Positions 34,919 through 49,059 of a stretch of 64,000 nucleotides of DNA are shown here, piece by piece. The stretch is taken from the NCBI GenBank assembly GCA_038087875.1, contig JAXLNO010005773.1:1-64000 (forward strand). The letters run 5' to 3'. The notes beneath the pieces are model-generated. The model was not told the origin of the DNA, made no database searches, and saw nothing but the letters and a program-made list of their open reading frames with translations. Source of the DNA: Malacoraja senta (Eukaryota). How positions within the stretch are numbered: position 1 is the first letter of the stretch; each line of letters opens with the position of its first letter. The position numbers and the translations under genes were made by a program.

Positions 34919-37900
34919 GTAAGATGGAAAAATTGTGATGAACTGTTGCTAGTAAAGGTATTGGGCTTGAAGAAATGATCGATCTCAAGTAGGATAAGGC
35001 AGCAGCTACACTTCAAATGCTTCGACAGTCACCACTGTCAACTAGCCTTTGTGCTGTTGTTAAATGTTTCTGATGATCAGATATTTGAAAATTGTGAATT
35101 CAGTGTAAAAAAAAAAGTTAAACATTATGGATTCACTGCACCAAATCCTAGAGATATCATTGAGTCATTAAAAAGTACAGCATGGAAGCAGTCCTTTCGG
35201 CCCACCGTGTCCATGCCAACCACCAACCACCTGTTCTCATGAATTCTATCTCATTGCACCTTCTCATCCAGTCACCCACCCACTAGGGGCAATTTACAGT
35301 GGCCAATTAAACTATAAACTGACACATCTTAGGATGTGTGAGGAAACCGGAGCCCCTGGAGGGATCCAATGCGGTTACACGGAGAACGTGCAAACTCCAC
35401 ATAGATGGCACTCAAGGTCAAAATTGAACCCGGGTCTGTGTCGCAGTGAGGCAGCAGCTCTACCAGTTGTGACACTGTGCTGCTCTGTTGGGGGCTCGCA
35501 CTGTTCATGATCCAAGTCAGTTACGAGGCAGATTGGTTGCAGTTTAACATTTACTAGTTTTGTTTAGTTTAATTTAGAGATACAGTGACGAAACAGGCCC
35601 TTCGGCCCATCGAGTCTGCGCTGACCAGTGATCCCCGCACATGGTTTGGAGGTTAGTTGTCCCTGGATTGTGCATGATACAATGTGGGGAGAGCTGATGA
35701 GAATGTAGGACAAATGTAGGATTAGTGTACATGAATGGTTGGTGCAGGTCAGTGGGACAAAGGCCATGTTTATATATTTCCATGACTCTTTATGATGTAG
35801 ATGCTGACTATTTTTGAATTATAAGATTGGAAAAGACTGTGAGGGATGGTGCTAGAGTAACTCAGCAGGTCAGGCAACATATAGGTGACATTCTGGTTCG
35901 AGACTCTTCAGGCAAATTACAATGGGTATTCCTCCGCTTAAGTCTGAAAGTAGTGCACAGATGCACCTCGACCACTGACGTGCTCAACAAGTGCCCCAAT
36001 GAGTTGAATTAAAGTATGTTTGGAGTAACATGCAGCAGTCCTTAAAATCTACAATTTCCTAAATCCCAAGAGAGCTGGATGATCAGGGTTTTAGTGTAAA
36101 TTCAGTCATCTATATCACTGGTTTCTTGCCTGTGATCACACTGTTGTAAGATATATTCTGGTGATGAATTGCAGTTCACTTTCCTCCTGTGTAAAGGAGT
36201 TATTGTGTTGAATATAACAAGTGGAAGGGAAAGTCAGTGTAGGATTTAGAGTTTGATGTATATATTGTAGACTTTCGTCCCAAATATCTTTCGTTATGGG
36301 TTGGCCTAATTCATTTTCCCATGTGTGTCTATATAAATCCGTTGGCAGGACCTCACTATCTAAGAGGGTATTATAAATATGAGATATTAATTTTTCTGTA
36401 TTAGGATGTTTATTCAAACATTCATCAAGGATTTCTGGTTCCCTAGTTCTGTAATCTTGTGTATTTGATTTAATGTAATCTCTAAGTTGTAAATATCTGA
36501 AAAAGTTATTTGAGTGTAGTCCGTAAATCTGTTGTAACTCCTGAAATGAAAGAAAAGTGCCTTTCCTATAAAGATGACCCATCTTTTTAATGCCATAATT
36601 TTTCCATTGTGTAAAGCCTTTATCCAACATGGAAGGTTTGAATAAAGGGTTGTTTATAATGGGGAGACAGAGTGATAAATTATCCAATTTTAAAGTATTT
36701 TTTAATTGTTTCCAAATTCGTATACCACTATATATTATATGATTTTCACTATAGGTTTTTTAATGCAATTTTGTGGGAGCAAACATAATCGAACCAATTT
36801 CAAAAGCAAACAGTCTTTCACTATTTTGTATGATTCAATGAGGTCCCCCCTTATGCTTCTAAACTCCAGCAAGTACAGGCCCACTGACATCAAATGGTCA
36901 TCATATGTTAACCCATTCATTCCTGGGATCATTCTTGTACTCCTCTGGACCCTCTCCAGAGCCAGCACATCCTTCCTCAGATATGGTGCCCAAAATTGCT
37001 CACAATGCTCCAAATGTGGCTTGACTGGTGCCTTATAGAACCTCAGCATTACATCCCTGTTTGACAGGGAGAAAATGCAATTGATGTCTTTCATATTAGT
37101 TAACCATGGATTTTCTTGACCACAGTTGACAGCCCCTAATGGGATTGCATGTCTATCACACATCTCAAAAGAGCACAGCGTTAAGCTTCGAAGGGCAAAA
37201 TTTACACGAGATGTGCAGGTCAAGTGTTTTTTTGCACAGAGAGAGCTTGATACCTAGAATGCGCTACCAGGAGTGGTGGTAGAGGAGGAAGTGATAATGG
37301 TGCTTAAGAAAGTTTTGGACAGGCTCGTGGGTATGCAGGGAATACAAGAATATGGATCACATGCAGCCAGTGGAGATTAGTTTTGGTTTAGTTTAGAGAA
37401 ACAGGAACCTTGGGCCACTGAGTCCACACTGACCAGCAATTGCCCATTCACTATTTCTGTCCTACAAGCTAGGGACAATTTACAGAAGCCAATTAACCTG
37501 CATGTCTTTTGTATTTGGGAGGAAACCGGAGCCCCCAGAGAAAACCCACAGGGTGACAGAGAGAACGTACAAACTCCGTCGAGACAGCATTCTAGTCAGG
37601 ATCAAACCCGGGTCTCTAATGCTGTAAGACAGCCACTCTATCACTGTGCCTCTGTGTTGCCTTAGTTTAACTTGGTATCCTGTTCCACATGGACATTGCA
37701 GGCTGAAAGTCCTGTTCTTGTACTGTTCTATGTTCTATATATTCTCATTGGACAGGGCAGGGATATGTTTTCCACTCCTCCAGCCTCCATGTTGAATACT
37801 TCCTCCCAGTTTAAATCTGATTCAATTAGTCAATCCATTTCTCCCTCCGCTCCTGCCCTGCTCCCCATTCTATATTTTGAAGTAGTCATTCCCTTTTTCG

Positions 37901-39168
37901 CTCCCTGGTCTGTCTACTATCCCCACAACTTTCCTCTGCTTTCCTGTCTTGGTGCAAGCAACATCCATCCATTTACCACTTTCCATAGACCCAGGCAGTT
38001 CTTCAAAGTGAAACAGCGTGAAACACAAGCACTTCCAGTCAAATCTACTGCATTTAGTTTTCATTACGTAATCTTCCACAACGCATCAATGAAACAAATA
38101 GAATGGCTGCTTTCTGGAGAACCCGCATTCAATCCATGGGACTTTCTAAGATTCCTAATTCCTGCCACTCTAATTCTCCATTCAACACCCACCATGATCC
38201 ATCCATCTGTACCTCTTACACTAGGATAACAAGGGTGAAAGTAGCCTTGAGGACCAACAACTCAGCTTCTGTCTGGACATGTTGCAGCCTTTCAAACTCA
38301 ATTCCACATTCAACGAGTTGCATTCCCTGTCGATAAAAGAACTGGTCATTTCAACTGTTAAGTTGAAGACAGAAAGACAAGATGCAAGAAGTATGAAGCA
38401 GGATCCCAAGCTGAAACATTACGTAACCATGTCTTCCAGATGCTGCCTGAACCACTGAGTTACACCTGCACGTTTTTGTGTTTTTTTTAATTACAGTTAA
38501 GTTATCCACCTGCCAAATCAGGACAGCCTGACCTACTTGAGTACTGCAGTATGTCTGCATTTTATATAACTCTGTTTAATTTCATGCATGCAGAGATGCA
38601 GTGAAATGGTTCGGATGGAACAGCAGATGCTGGACACCCCGTCCCTTCTCTCCAGAGATGCTGCCTGTCCCGCTGAGTTACTCCAGCTTTTTGTGTCTAT
38701 CTGCAGTGAAATGGTTGTTCTGCATTCTCTCCAGTCAAGTCATACTGTACATAAGTACAATTCGTCCTCTTCTGGAAAAGCACGCAGAGATCCACCACAT
38801 TTCAGGACTATCTTGCAGCTTCCAAGTCTCTGAAAAGTCTGATTTTGCCCCAAGGAAATACCCAATTTCTCATATTCTCATGTTAAGGCCCAGTGTCATA
38901 ACAGCACTGGATTGATGAAGTAGAGGCGCCTGCCTCAGTTTAAGATTTTCTGTTTCAAGATGTGATCGAACCCTCGTCACTGGAATTGTGTCGCAGTGCC
39001 ACCCATTACGTATCAGTCCCAATTATCTTTCAACATGCTGGAATCACTTGTTTTTTAATCCTTTTTAGACTTTTTTCATGAATTGTTCAGCATAAACAGT
39101 TATGCTACAACAGTTAAGCGCAGCTACCACTTAGTTCCAGAGACGGAACAACACAAGAGATAGTGTTG

Positions 39169-41418
39169 CAGGGCTCTCGCTTAACTTTTTTCCCCTGTTG
39201 CCAGCCGGGCAACCTCGGCAGCTTTTTAGGTTGCCAAATGACAGCTTAGGTGGTCATTTAAGATGGCTTGCATGACGCGTGCGATAATGTGCTCGGATGA
39301 AGTGCGTAGATACCAGTCAGAATTATGGTCAATGAAACATTCACATATTATTTCTGCTTCAAATAAAGTCACAAACTAAACATATTCACCAATGAAGACA
39401 TGATATATACCACAATGACATGCATCAAAATTACAATACAGTATCTCATCTCTGTTTACACGTTGCAATGAATGCAATTTATATTATCTCTTTCCACTTC
39501 CAAACAAAAATATGGTTATTCAGCGTATGATCAACCTCGGTGAGACCAAGCGCAGGCATGGCGATCGCTTCGCACAACACCTCCACTCAGTTCGCAATAA
39601 CCAACTTGATCTCCTGGTGGCTCAGCACTTCAACTCCCCCTCTGATTCCGAATCCGACCTTTCTGTTCTGGGCCTCCTCCATGGCCAGAGTGAGGCCCAC
39701 CGCAAATTGAAGGAACAGCACCTCATATTTTGCTTGGGTAGTTTACACCCCAGCGGTATGAACATTGGCTTCTCCAATTTCAGATAGTCCTTGCTTTCTC
39801 CCTCCCCCTGCCTCCCATTCTCAGCTCTCCCACACCCTACTGTCTCTGCCTCTTCCTTTCTTTTTCGCCCCCCACCCCTCCCGACATCAGTCTGAAGAAG
39901 GGTCTCGACCCGAAACGTCACCTTTTTCCTTTGCTCCATAGATGCTGCCTCAGCTGCTGAGTTTTTCCAGCATTTGTGTCTACCCATTCACACAAGTTCT
40001 GTTATCCCACTTTCCTCACCCACTCCTGCACATTAGGGGCAATTTTACAGAGACAAGTTAACCTACAAAGCCAATGCGTCTTTGGGATGTGGGAGGGAAC
40101 CCACATGATTGCAGGGAGAATGTGCAAATTCAACACAGACAGTGCCCGAGAACAGGATCGAACACAGATCTCTGGCGTGTGAGGCAGCAAATCCACCAGC
40201 TGTGCCATTATATTTTATTTTCCAACACACAAAAAATTATACGTTGATAACTTTGGTTACTAAAAAAAAGAAACTATCCATTTTCAGTCTTAAATCTCTA
40301 AGTGACGCTATGTCCCACTTTACAGCTACTGTATGCTTAAATCAGTTCAAGGATATTGGGGCAGTACATTGCCCATAAATTGGCTGCCTAATATTGCCAG
40401 AGACCCAGAATTGATCCTGAATATGGGTGCTGTCTGTGTGGAGTTTTGTTTTCTCGTTTATAACATTGTTTACAGAGTACTATGTTTACATATTCTGTTG
40501 TGCTGCTGCAAGTGAGGATTTCATTGTTCTAACTGGGACGTGAGAGAATAAAACAGTCTTGACTTACGTTGCTGATGTGTGGGATAGAACTAGAGTACGG
40601 GTGATCGGTGGTCGGCGTGGACTCAGTGGGCCGAAGGGCCTGCTTCCACACTGTATCTTTAAATTAAACTAAAAACACTAAAACCAGAGGAAATGTAAAG
40701 AAGGGTTTCTACCAGAAATGTCACCCAATTTTTTCTATCCAGAGATGCTGGCTGCTCCATGGAGTTCCCCCGCACAATTAAAGCATGGAATAGTTGTCAC
40801 CCTACTATAGGTACCCAACCAGACGCAACTAAATTTAAGGTCGTTTTTTTCCCCCAAGAACCCTTTTTTGCTTAAGTCCAAGTCAAGAGTCAAGAGAGTT
40901 TTATTGTCATGTGTCCCAGATAGGACAATGAAATTCTTGCTTGCTGCAGCACAACAGAATATGTAAACATAATACAGAACAGGAGATAAAAGTTCAGTGT
41001 GTCTCTATACTATAGACCATATATATACACAATAAATAAACGGATAAAATGCAATAGGCTGTTATTTTTCAGTTTGGAGTTTGGTGGTGGTGGGTCCACC
41101 AGTTTAAATTCCATTTCGAATATTTTTGGAGGACCTGGAAACCAAGAAGCAAGACTTACTCCAGCTGAGGCAGCGACCGGACAGCAATGGCGGCCAGAAC
41201 TCCCACAATGCAAAGGGAGGGAGAAAGTGGCCGACGCCGACCAGTTCCCGTGGCAGTGCGCATGTGCAGGGCTCGGCGGCCGGCCTTGCTGAGCGGAGAC
41301 CCGAGACCTGGACACGGATGGCGGGCGGGCGGGTGTCCCGGTTGCTTGCCAAGCCAGGCAAAATGGCATGGCTTTTAGGTTGCCATTGGCACCGGGCAAC
41401 CGCTAATTTCGAGCCCTG
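39169..41418. mobile_element. Duplicate of the CAGGGCTC/TGTTG element
   Basis: Same termini and TSD at offset 11341. Confidence 0.7.
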
Positions 41419-43198
41419 TGTTGGAAAAATGATCAAACTCACACATAGTGGTTAAAATCCATAGTCTTTTATTAGTAACTCTGCAGAGGAAACACAAGGT
41501 GCTTTCTTCTCAGCATGCTTACTACCAGTCTACCCGAGAGAGAGAGAGAGCTGTCTAACAAGCCTGTGGGCGGAGCCACAGTATGAGTGACACTAATCTA
41601 CAGATAGGCACAGGGATAAGTTTCGGTTTATTATTGTCACGTTTAGTTTCGAGGTAAAGCATGGAAATAGGCCTTTTGGCCCACTGAACCTGTGCTGACT
41701 AACGACCACCCAAATATTAGTTCTATCCTACACACTAGGGACAATTTACAGAAGCCCAAAAACTTACAAACCTGCACTTCTTTGAATGTGACGGAACTGT
41801 AACACCCGGAGATAACTCACATGGTCACAGGGAGAATATATGAACTCTATATAGACAGCACCCATTGTCAGGATTGAACTTTGGTCTGTGGTACTGTAAG
41901 GCAGCAACTTTCCAGGTACAGTTCCATGATATCCAATTGGATGAGATAACGACATACATATATATGATCAAGTCAACTCAAGTACTGTAGGTAGAGCAAA
42001 GGGGAAGGTACAGACTGTGGCATATAGTTCTCAGCAATGTAGCACACCAGTTCCATTAGATATGAGTTTCGACTCAAAACGTAACACATTCCTTCTCTCC
42101 AGAGATGCTGCCTGACCCGTTGAGTTACTCTAGTATTTTGTGTCTATCTGCGGTTTAAACCAGCATCTACAGTTCCTTCCTGCATAGTTCCATAAACAAA
42201 GTCCACTGTCTGTAATGGGGTAGTGGTCAATTGGACAGAACCCTAGCTTATGGAACGATCATTCAGAAGCCTGATTTTCTCCTCGGTTATCAAGTTTCCG
42301 AGTAAGCCATTTGGTCCTCTAACCTGCCCACCATTCAATATGACCATGGCTGACGTTCCTCAGGCATCAACTCCTGATCGGTGCCAGTTCCTCATTGCAC
42401 TCAATTCTCCAATCTTTCAAAAGTTTAACTACCGCCACATTAAATACTTCCAATGATTTTGTCTTCACAAATCTCTGGGGTCAAGAGCGCCAGAGAATGA
42501 CCACACTCTGCAAAAAGAGATTTTGTAAACAAATGACTGGTCTCTTTTATCTCTTATTGAAGAGGAGAGAAAATACTGCCAATTTTAAGCTTGTCCCCTC
42601 CCCAATTGACCCTCATTTCATAACATGTCAATTATTTATTATTGTCAATAATATGCCATAGTGAAAAGATTTGCCGTTGGTATTAGTTTATTATTGTCAC
42701 GTGAACTGAGATATAGTCAAAAGTGTGTCTGTGTTATCCAATCAGATCATACTACACATGTGCAATCAAGCCATCCACAAGTAGAACAGTGCCAAGAAAA
42801 AAATACTCAGAGTGCAGAATATCGGGTTACAATATCATAGCATTACAGTTACAGAGAAAGTGCAGATCAAAAAGAGTTGCAAGGATCACAATGAGATTGG
42901 TTGGAAGATCAGGGCAACATCTTATCTTACATGAGAATCATCCAGTAGTCCAATAACAGCGGGGAAGAAGCTGTTCCTGAATTTAATGGTACGTGCTTTC
43001 AAACTTTCTTGTGTACTGTCTTAACAGGGAGCGTACAATCCCTTTTAAACCACGTGGTTGGTTGATGGTGACGAAAGAGGCAAAATGGGGCAGATGTAGA
43101 CAGTAACTTGGTGGTTGTAGTAGACTGAAGAATATTTTGTGGTGGGTGACTGTGCAAGTTTTACTGAAGATGAAAATAACCATCTTACTGTCTTGTAG

Positions 43199-43465
43199 TT
43201 TCCCCTGAGGTCACTCTCGCTGCCCGCCCTGATGATCATTCAGTCCTGTACTGCACTGTGTTTGGATTTTACCAACCGGCCATCAATGTCAGCTGGTTGC
43301 AGAATGGTCAACATGTCTCTGAGACCAAATCTTCTGGGGTCATACCCAACAACGATGGAACATATCATCTAAAGTCTGTCCTTCAGTATGATCCATATGA
43401 TGGGAAACAGTATTCCTGTCATGTCGATCACAGGAGCCTGCCCGGTGGGAAGACCATCATCTGGG
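43199..43465 (+). CDS. MHC class I-like alpha-3 exon, copy 2
   Basis: Same splice sites as copy 1. It differs by GVTPNN>GVIPNN (ACA>ATA) and one silent change (CCG>CCA). Confidence 0.9.
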
Positions 43466-46150
43466 GTAAGAACGTTAAATATTCTTTCATAGATAATCAT
43501 TATCTTCTGTTGTATCCATTTTAACCATTGTGACTACATCCCATATTCCAAGATGCTTAAACTTTCTTTGTTTAGTGGTGTTGCTCTAAGCAATCACATA
43601 ATCAACACCCACTCTCCACATGAGCAGAAGACTTTGTCAACAGAACATTTATCAAAAATAAATAAATAACTAATATACAAGGAAGGAGTATTTGAGATTC
43701 TCAGTGGTGGAACTGAAATCCATGAAAGGTATGCTTAAATAATAAATGAATCTTTCCTCATGATGTGATTAACAGCAAGGCACTGGGGGAGTACATGCCC
43801 CAATGCGAATCAGTGGTCCAAAGTGGAAATGATTGAGAGCTTTGTGTTCCTTGGCATGAATATATCCAATATTCGGTCATGGACTGGCCACATAGCCAAG
43901 GGGGCACACCGACACCTCTACTTCCTCAGGAGACTGAGAATATTCATCATGTCTCTGGTGACTCCAGCAAACATCTATAGATGCTGCTAGAGACAGCATG
44001 TTATTGGGTTGCATCACATCTTGATTTGGGAACTGCACTGCCCAAGACTGCAAGAATATACAAAGAGTTAAAGATCATCACACAGGCCAGACTTCCCACT
44101 ATTGATGGTTGCCTTGGAAACCGAGACGTATCCCACCCCGGTCATTCCTCCTTCCTGCTCCCATCAGGCAATAGGTACAGAAAATTGAAAATATGCACTG
44201 CCAGACTCAGGAACACCCCCTTTCCATCTCTTATCAGGCTTCAGAAGGGTCCTTCCATAATGTAGGTTTAATGCCCGATTCACCTCAACCTCATTGCACA
44301 TTGAACATTGTCTATGGAACTGATGCGTTACAATGCTGAGAACTATATTCTGTACTCTGTATCCTCCTCTTTGCTCTATCTATTGTTTTTTAGTTTTTTA
44401 TTTATCTATAGTATTATCTAATTTGTTTGGATAGCATACAAAACAAACCTTTGCACTATCTTGAAACATCTGGCATTAATAAAACTAAACCTAATGAAGT
44501 AAGTTCTGTGACCAAGTTACAGCTTCAGCAACAAAAAAATATAACTGCCTGACAAACAGCGATCGTAGTAGTTTGATTCCAGGTATGCTGCACTAACCCA
44601 CACAAATGTTCACTTTTGAAGATTCCCTCGAACAATGCACAAATAAGGAATCTGATGTTTCACTCTGAAGACTGTTGACATACTCCAGAACTTAATTTTC
44701 AACCTATCTATGTATCATCAGCAATCTAGGCTACAGCACCACCAGGCCCTTCATCTGCTCTTAATACCAACGATAAGTAGTTCACTTTCTTGCAATGATT
44801 CCCATCCTGCAGTTGCAGTTTCCCAACTTAAACACTCCTTTAAGACTCTGCTTGCTCTTAATTGTTTTTCCATTCATGCTAATTATTACCCCCAATGTCA
44901 TAAGCCATTTGCCTTTGCATCACTTGATCAGATAACTTATGAAAATCCAGATATTCTGGCGACATCTGGTGGTCAGGCCACTTATTGCTAGAACCCTCGT
45001 CACGGGAGCTGGGACTATCACGTGACAGGGTTTTGGTGGGAGTTGGTGATGAGTTAATCGCCAGTCAACTGGTGTGCCCGATAACAACGGCAGGAACTTT
45101 GCTCAAGTCCTTACTAAACGCGAGTGGGCCAAAACTGTATTTCTTAAAAAAACATTGATTTGTTCACGACGCTTGGATCTCTACAATATATTGTATTTCT
45201 TTTGTTTCTCATTCCAATTTTGTTACCTATTCTGCTTTTCCATCATTTTGTTTTTAAATTTTAGGCTGTGCACACCTGCAAACTACTGCTGCTCAAATAT
45301 ACATTGTCTACGGGTTCCTGTTGCATTTTCAAAGAATTCTAATCAATTTCTCAAACAAAGTTTGAAGAAGGGTCCGTAAACGAAATGTCACCTGTCCATG
45401 TGTAGGGAGAAATTGCAAATGCTGGTATACACCGAAGATGGACACAAATTGCTGGAATAACTCAGCTGGTCAGGCAGCATTTCTGGAGAAAAGGAATAGG
45501 TGATGTTTCGGGTCACGATCCTTCTGACTGAGTCCATGTTCGCCAGAGATGTTGCCAGTTACTCCAGCATTTTGTGTCTATCATGTATATTCTTTCCACT
45601 GACTGGTTAGCATGAAACAAAAGCTTTTCACTGCACCTCAGTACTCGTGACAATAAACGAAACTAAAGCTTTTGTATAAATCAGTATCTGCATCTCTTTC
45701 TTTCTACAATTTTCCTGTTAATGCACTTTATTGTTTTGTTATTACTTAAATGTTCTGCCATTACTGAAAGGAATCCAACATTTTCCCCAAAACAGATGAT
45801 AGTTTATATAGGGTTAAAGCTTTCTGCTTTCAATTCACCTTCTTTCTTGAATTAAGTTGTGGCTGTGATGGTGCCATAGATCATAGAGTTGTACAGAACA
45901 TATATTGTCCCTTTGCCATGTTGCAGAACTCCATGATTCAAAACAACATATTTATATATGTTGAAAAGTGCCAAAGATAGACACAAAATGCTGGAGTAAC
46001 TCAGTGGTCAGGTAGCATCTCTTGAGAAAAGAAATAGGAGGCATTTCGGGTCGAGACCCTTCTTCACCCTGAAGTCTTCAGACAGTGCCAATCTATTTAG
46101 CTGCACAGCTTAACAAATGATATGTAAAATTATGCATTCTTATTTTTCAG

Positions 46151-46258
46151 AAGGAAATGGGAAGAAAGACAGGCACATAGGCCTTATTGCCGTGTGTGTG
46201 CTGATATTGCTGGCTATTGTCTTGGCAGTAATTGTTTGGTGGAGAAAAAAGAGGAGAG
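46151..46258 (+). CDS. MHC class I-like TM exon, copy 2
   Basis: Identical to 34811-34918 by eye, with intact AG/GT. Confidence 0.85.
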
Positions 46259-49059
46259 GTAAGATGGAAAAATTGTGATGAACTGTTGCTAGTAAAGGTA
46301 TTGGGCTTGAAGAAATGATCGATCTCAAGTAGGATAAGGCAGCAGCTACACTTCAAATGCTTCGACAGTCACCACTGTCAACTAGCCTTTGTGCTGTTGT
46401 TAAATGTTTCTGATGATCAGATATTTGAAAATTGTGAATTCAGTGTAAAAAAAAAAGTTAAACATTATGGATTCACTGCACCAAATCCTAGAGATATCAT
46501 TGAGTCATTAAAAAGTACAGCATGGAAGCAGTCCTTTCGGCCCACCGTGTCCATGCCAACCACCAACCACCTGTTCTCATGAATTCTATCTCATTGCACC
46601 TTCTCATCCAGTCACCCACCCACTAGGGGCAATTTACAGTGGCCAATTAAACTATAAACTGACACATCTTAGGATGTGTGAGGAAACCGGAGCCCCTGGA
46701 GGGATCCAATGCGGTTACACGGAGAACGTGCAAACTCCACATAGATGGCACTCAAGGTCAAAATTGAACCCGGGTCTGTGTCGCAGTGAGGCAGCAGCTC
46801 TACCAGTTGTGACACTGTGCTGCTCTGTTGGGGGCTCGCACTGTTCATGATCCAAGTCAGTTACGAGGCAGATTGGTTGCAGTTTAACATTTACTAGTTT
46901 TGTTTAGTTTAATTTAGAGATACAGTGACGAAACAGGCCCTTCGGCCCATCGAGTCTGCGCTGACCAGTGATCCCCGCACATTAACACTATCCTACACAC
47001 ACACACACACCATGCCAATTAACCTACATACCTGTACGTCTTTGGAGTGTGGGAGGAAACCTTAGATCTCGGAGAAAACACACGCGGTCATGGGGAGAAC
47101 GTACAAACTCTGTACAGACAGCATCAGTAGTCGGGATCGAACCCGGGTCTCCGGTGCTGCAAGCGCTGTAAGGCAGCAACTCTACTGCTGCACACAGTAG
47201 CTGCCACCAAGGCCGCTGTTGCTGGAAGACTCTATGTTTCTATGACTCAAAATTAAGTGGGAATGTGAGTAGTGGGAGAAATGGTTCAAAGTGGAAAGTC
47301 GAATGAATGAGCAACAACATGACAGGTGGACTACAATGTGAAACAGGGCAGCACTGAGTCAGAGACCTTAATTAAATACCGACATCTGTGGAGTTTGCAT
47401 GTAGTTCCTGTGACCATGTGCGTTTCCCCAGGTGCTCTGGTTTCCTCCCACATCCCCAAAACATGGTTTGGAGGTTAGTTGTCCCTGGATTGTGCATGAT
47501 ACAATGTGGGGAGAGCTGATGAGAATGTAGGACAAATGTAGGATTAGTGTACATGAATGGTTGGTGCACGTCAGTGGGACAAAGGCCATGTTTATATATT
47601 TCCATGACTCTTTATGATGTAGATGCTGACTATTTTTGAATTATAAGATTGGAAAAGACTGTGAGGGATGGTGCTAGAGTAACTCAGCAGGTCAGGCAAC
47701 ATATAGGTGACATTCTGGTTCGAGACTCTTCAGGCAAATTACAATGGGTATTCCTCCGCTTAAGTCTGAAAGTAGTGCACAGATGCACCTCGACCACTGA
47801 CGTGCTCAACAAGTGCCCCAATGAGTTGAATTAAAGTATGTTTGGAGTAACATGCAGCAGTCCTTAAAATCTACAATTTCCTAAATCCCAAGAGAGCTGG
47901 ATGATCAGGGTTTTAGTGTAAATTCAGTCATCTATATCACTGGTTTCTTGCCTGTGATCACACTGTTGTAAGATATATTCTGGTGATGAATTGCAGTTAA
48001 CTTTCCTCCTGTGTAAAGGAGTTATTGTGTTGAATATAACAAGTGGAAGGGAAAGTCAGTGTAGGATTTAGAGTTTGTATGTAATGCAGCATGGTAGTGC
48101 AGCTGGTAGAACTGCCTCACAACGCCTGAGACCCAGGTTCAATCTGGACCTCGGGCACTGTCTACGTGGAGTTTGCACAGGTGTGCAGGTAATCATCCTC
48201 GGTAAGTCACCCTGACAGTGTAGGGGGTGGATGGGAAATCTATTATGAATGGGTGATTGCTGGTTAGTATGGATTTGGCGGCACAAATGGCCTGTTTACA
48301 CACTGTATCACTGTTTTCAAGAGAGAGTTAGATTTAGCTCTTAGGGCTAAACGAATCAAGGGATATGGGGGAAAAGCCAGATCGGAGTACTAATTTTAGA
48401 TGATCAGCCATGATTGTATTGAATGGCGGTGCTGGCTCAAAGGGCCGAATAGCCTATTCCTGCACCTATTTTTTTATGTTTCTATCTTTCTATTAAATAA
48501 ACTATATTGGAAGACAGAAGGTATTGACTGATGCATCTTCACGCCAGCTGTAAATGTCATAAACTGAGAATTGATTGCAAATGTTATACAATATTATAAA
48601 CTAAACTGGGTGATCAAAATGTCAAGATGGATGAAGAGCAGAGTTTTCATTGAAATAACAGACGTGCTGCTTTCTCGAGCACTTGGCCTTGGTTGTGTAA
48701 TATTTCCTCTTCAAAATACAATGTTCCCTGGCATTGCTGGTCTGAGACACCATTCAGCAAGTATATTTCCTGAAACGGAGGTTATGCTTTCATGGTATCA
48801 AGATGCCTAACAGCTCCAGCACCCAGATCAGAACCAAGTCATTTCTCACCTTGCCAAAACTAAGAATGCAGCAACAATTTAGTCATTGAACATCAACTAC
48901 ATGCATATTTGAACTGAGGCAATGGTTAGCTTATTATCACTGTAAACCAGTCATGGTCATGGGTCTGCCATTGTGGTCACTATTAGTGAGGGTGATTAAC
49001 TGTCATTTAGCAGTGAAACGGAAAAGAATTGGCTTTTCAAGCCCACGGAGCCATAGAGT

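Larger units (their letters stand above)
24913..36255 (+). repeat. Tandem segmental duplication, copy 1 (contains alpha-3 and TM exons)
   Basis: It is near-identical to 36253-48077 at offset 11340-11341 (11822 after a 482-bp indel), and the ORF track repeats one-for-one. Confidence 0.97.
36253..48077 (+). repeat. Tandem segmental duplication, copy 2
   Basis: It begins TTGATGTATATATTG (=24913) and ends GAGTTTG (=36255). It retains 46983-47464, which is absent from copy 1. Confidence 0.97.

Noticed and set aside
35051-35242. ORF with KHYGFTAPNPRD as a cytoplasmic-tail exon
   Set aside because: The nearby AG acceptors give a stop in phase 1, and the ORF runs into a SINE.
35827-36012. ORF MEKTVRDG... 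or the piece after CTCTTCAG as a terminal exon
   Set aside because: The start and the AG derive from a degenerate Penelope-end repeat, there is no polypyrimidine tract, and the product has no recognisable similarity.
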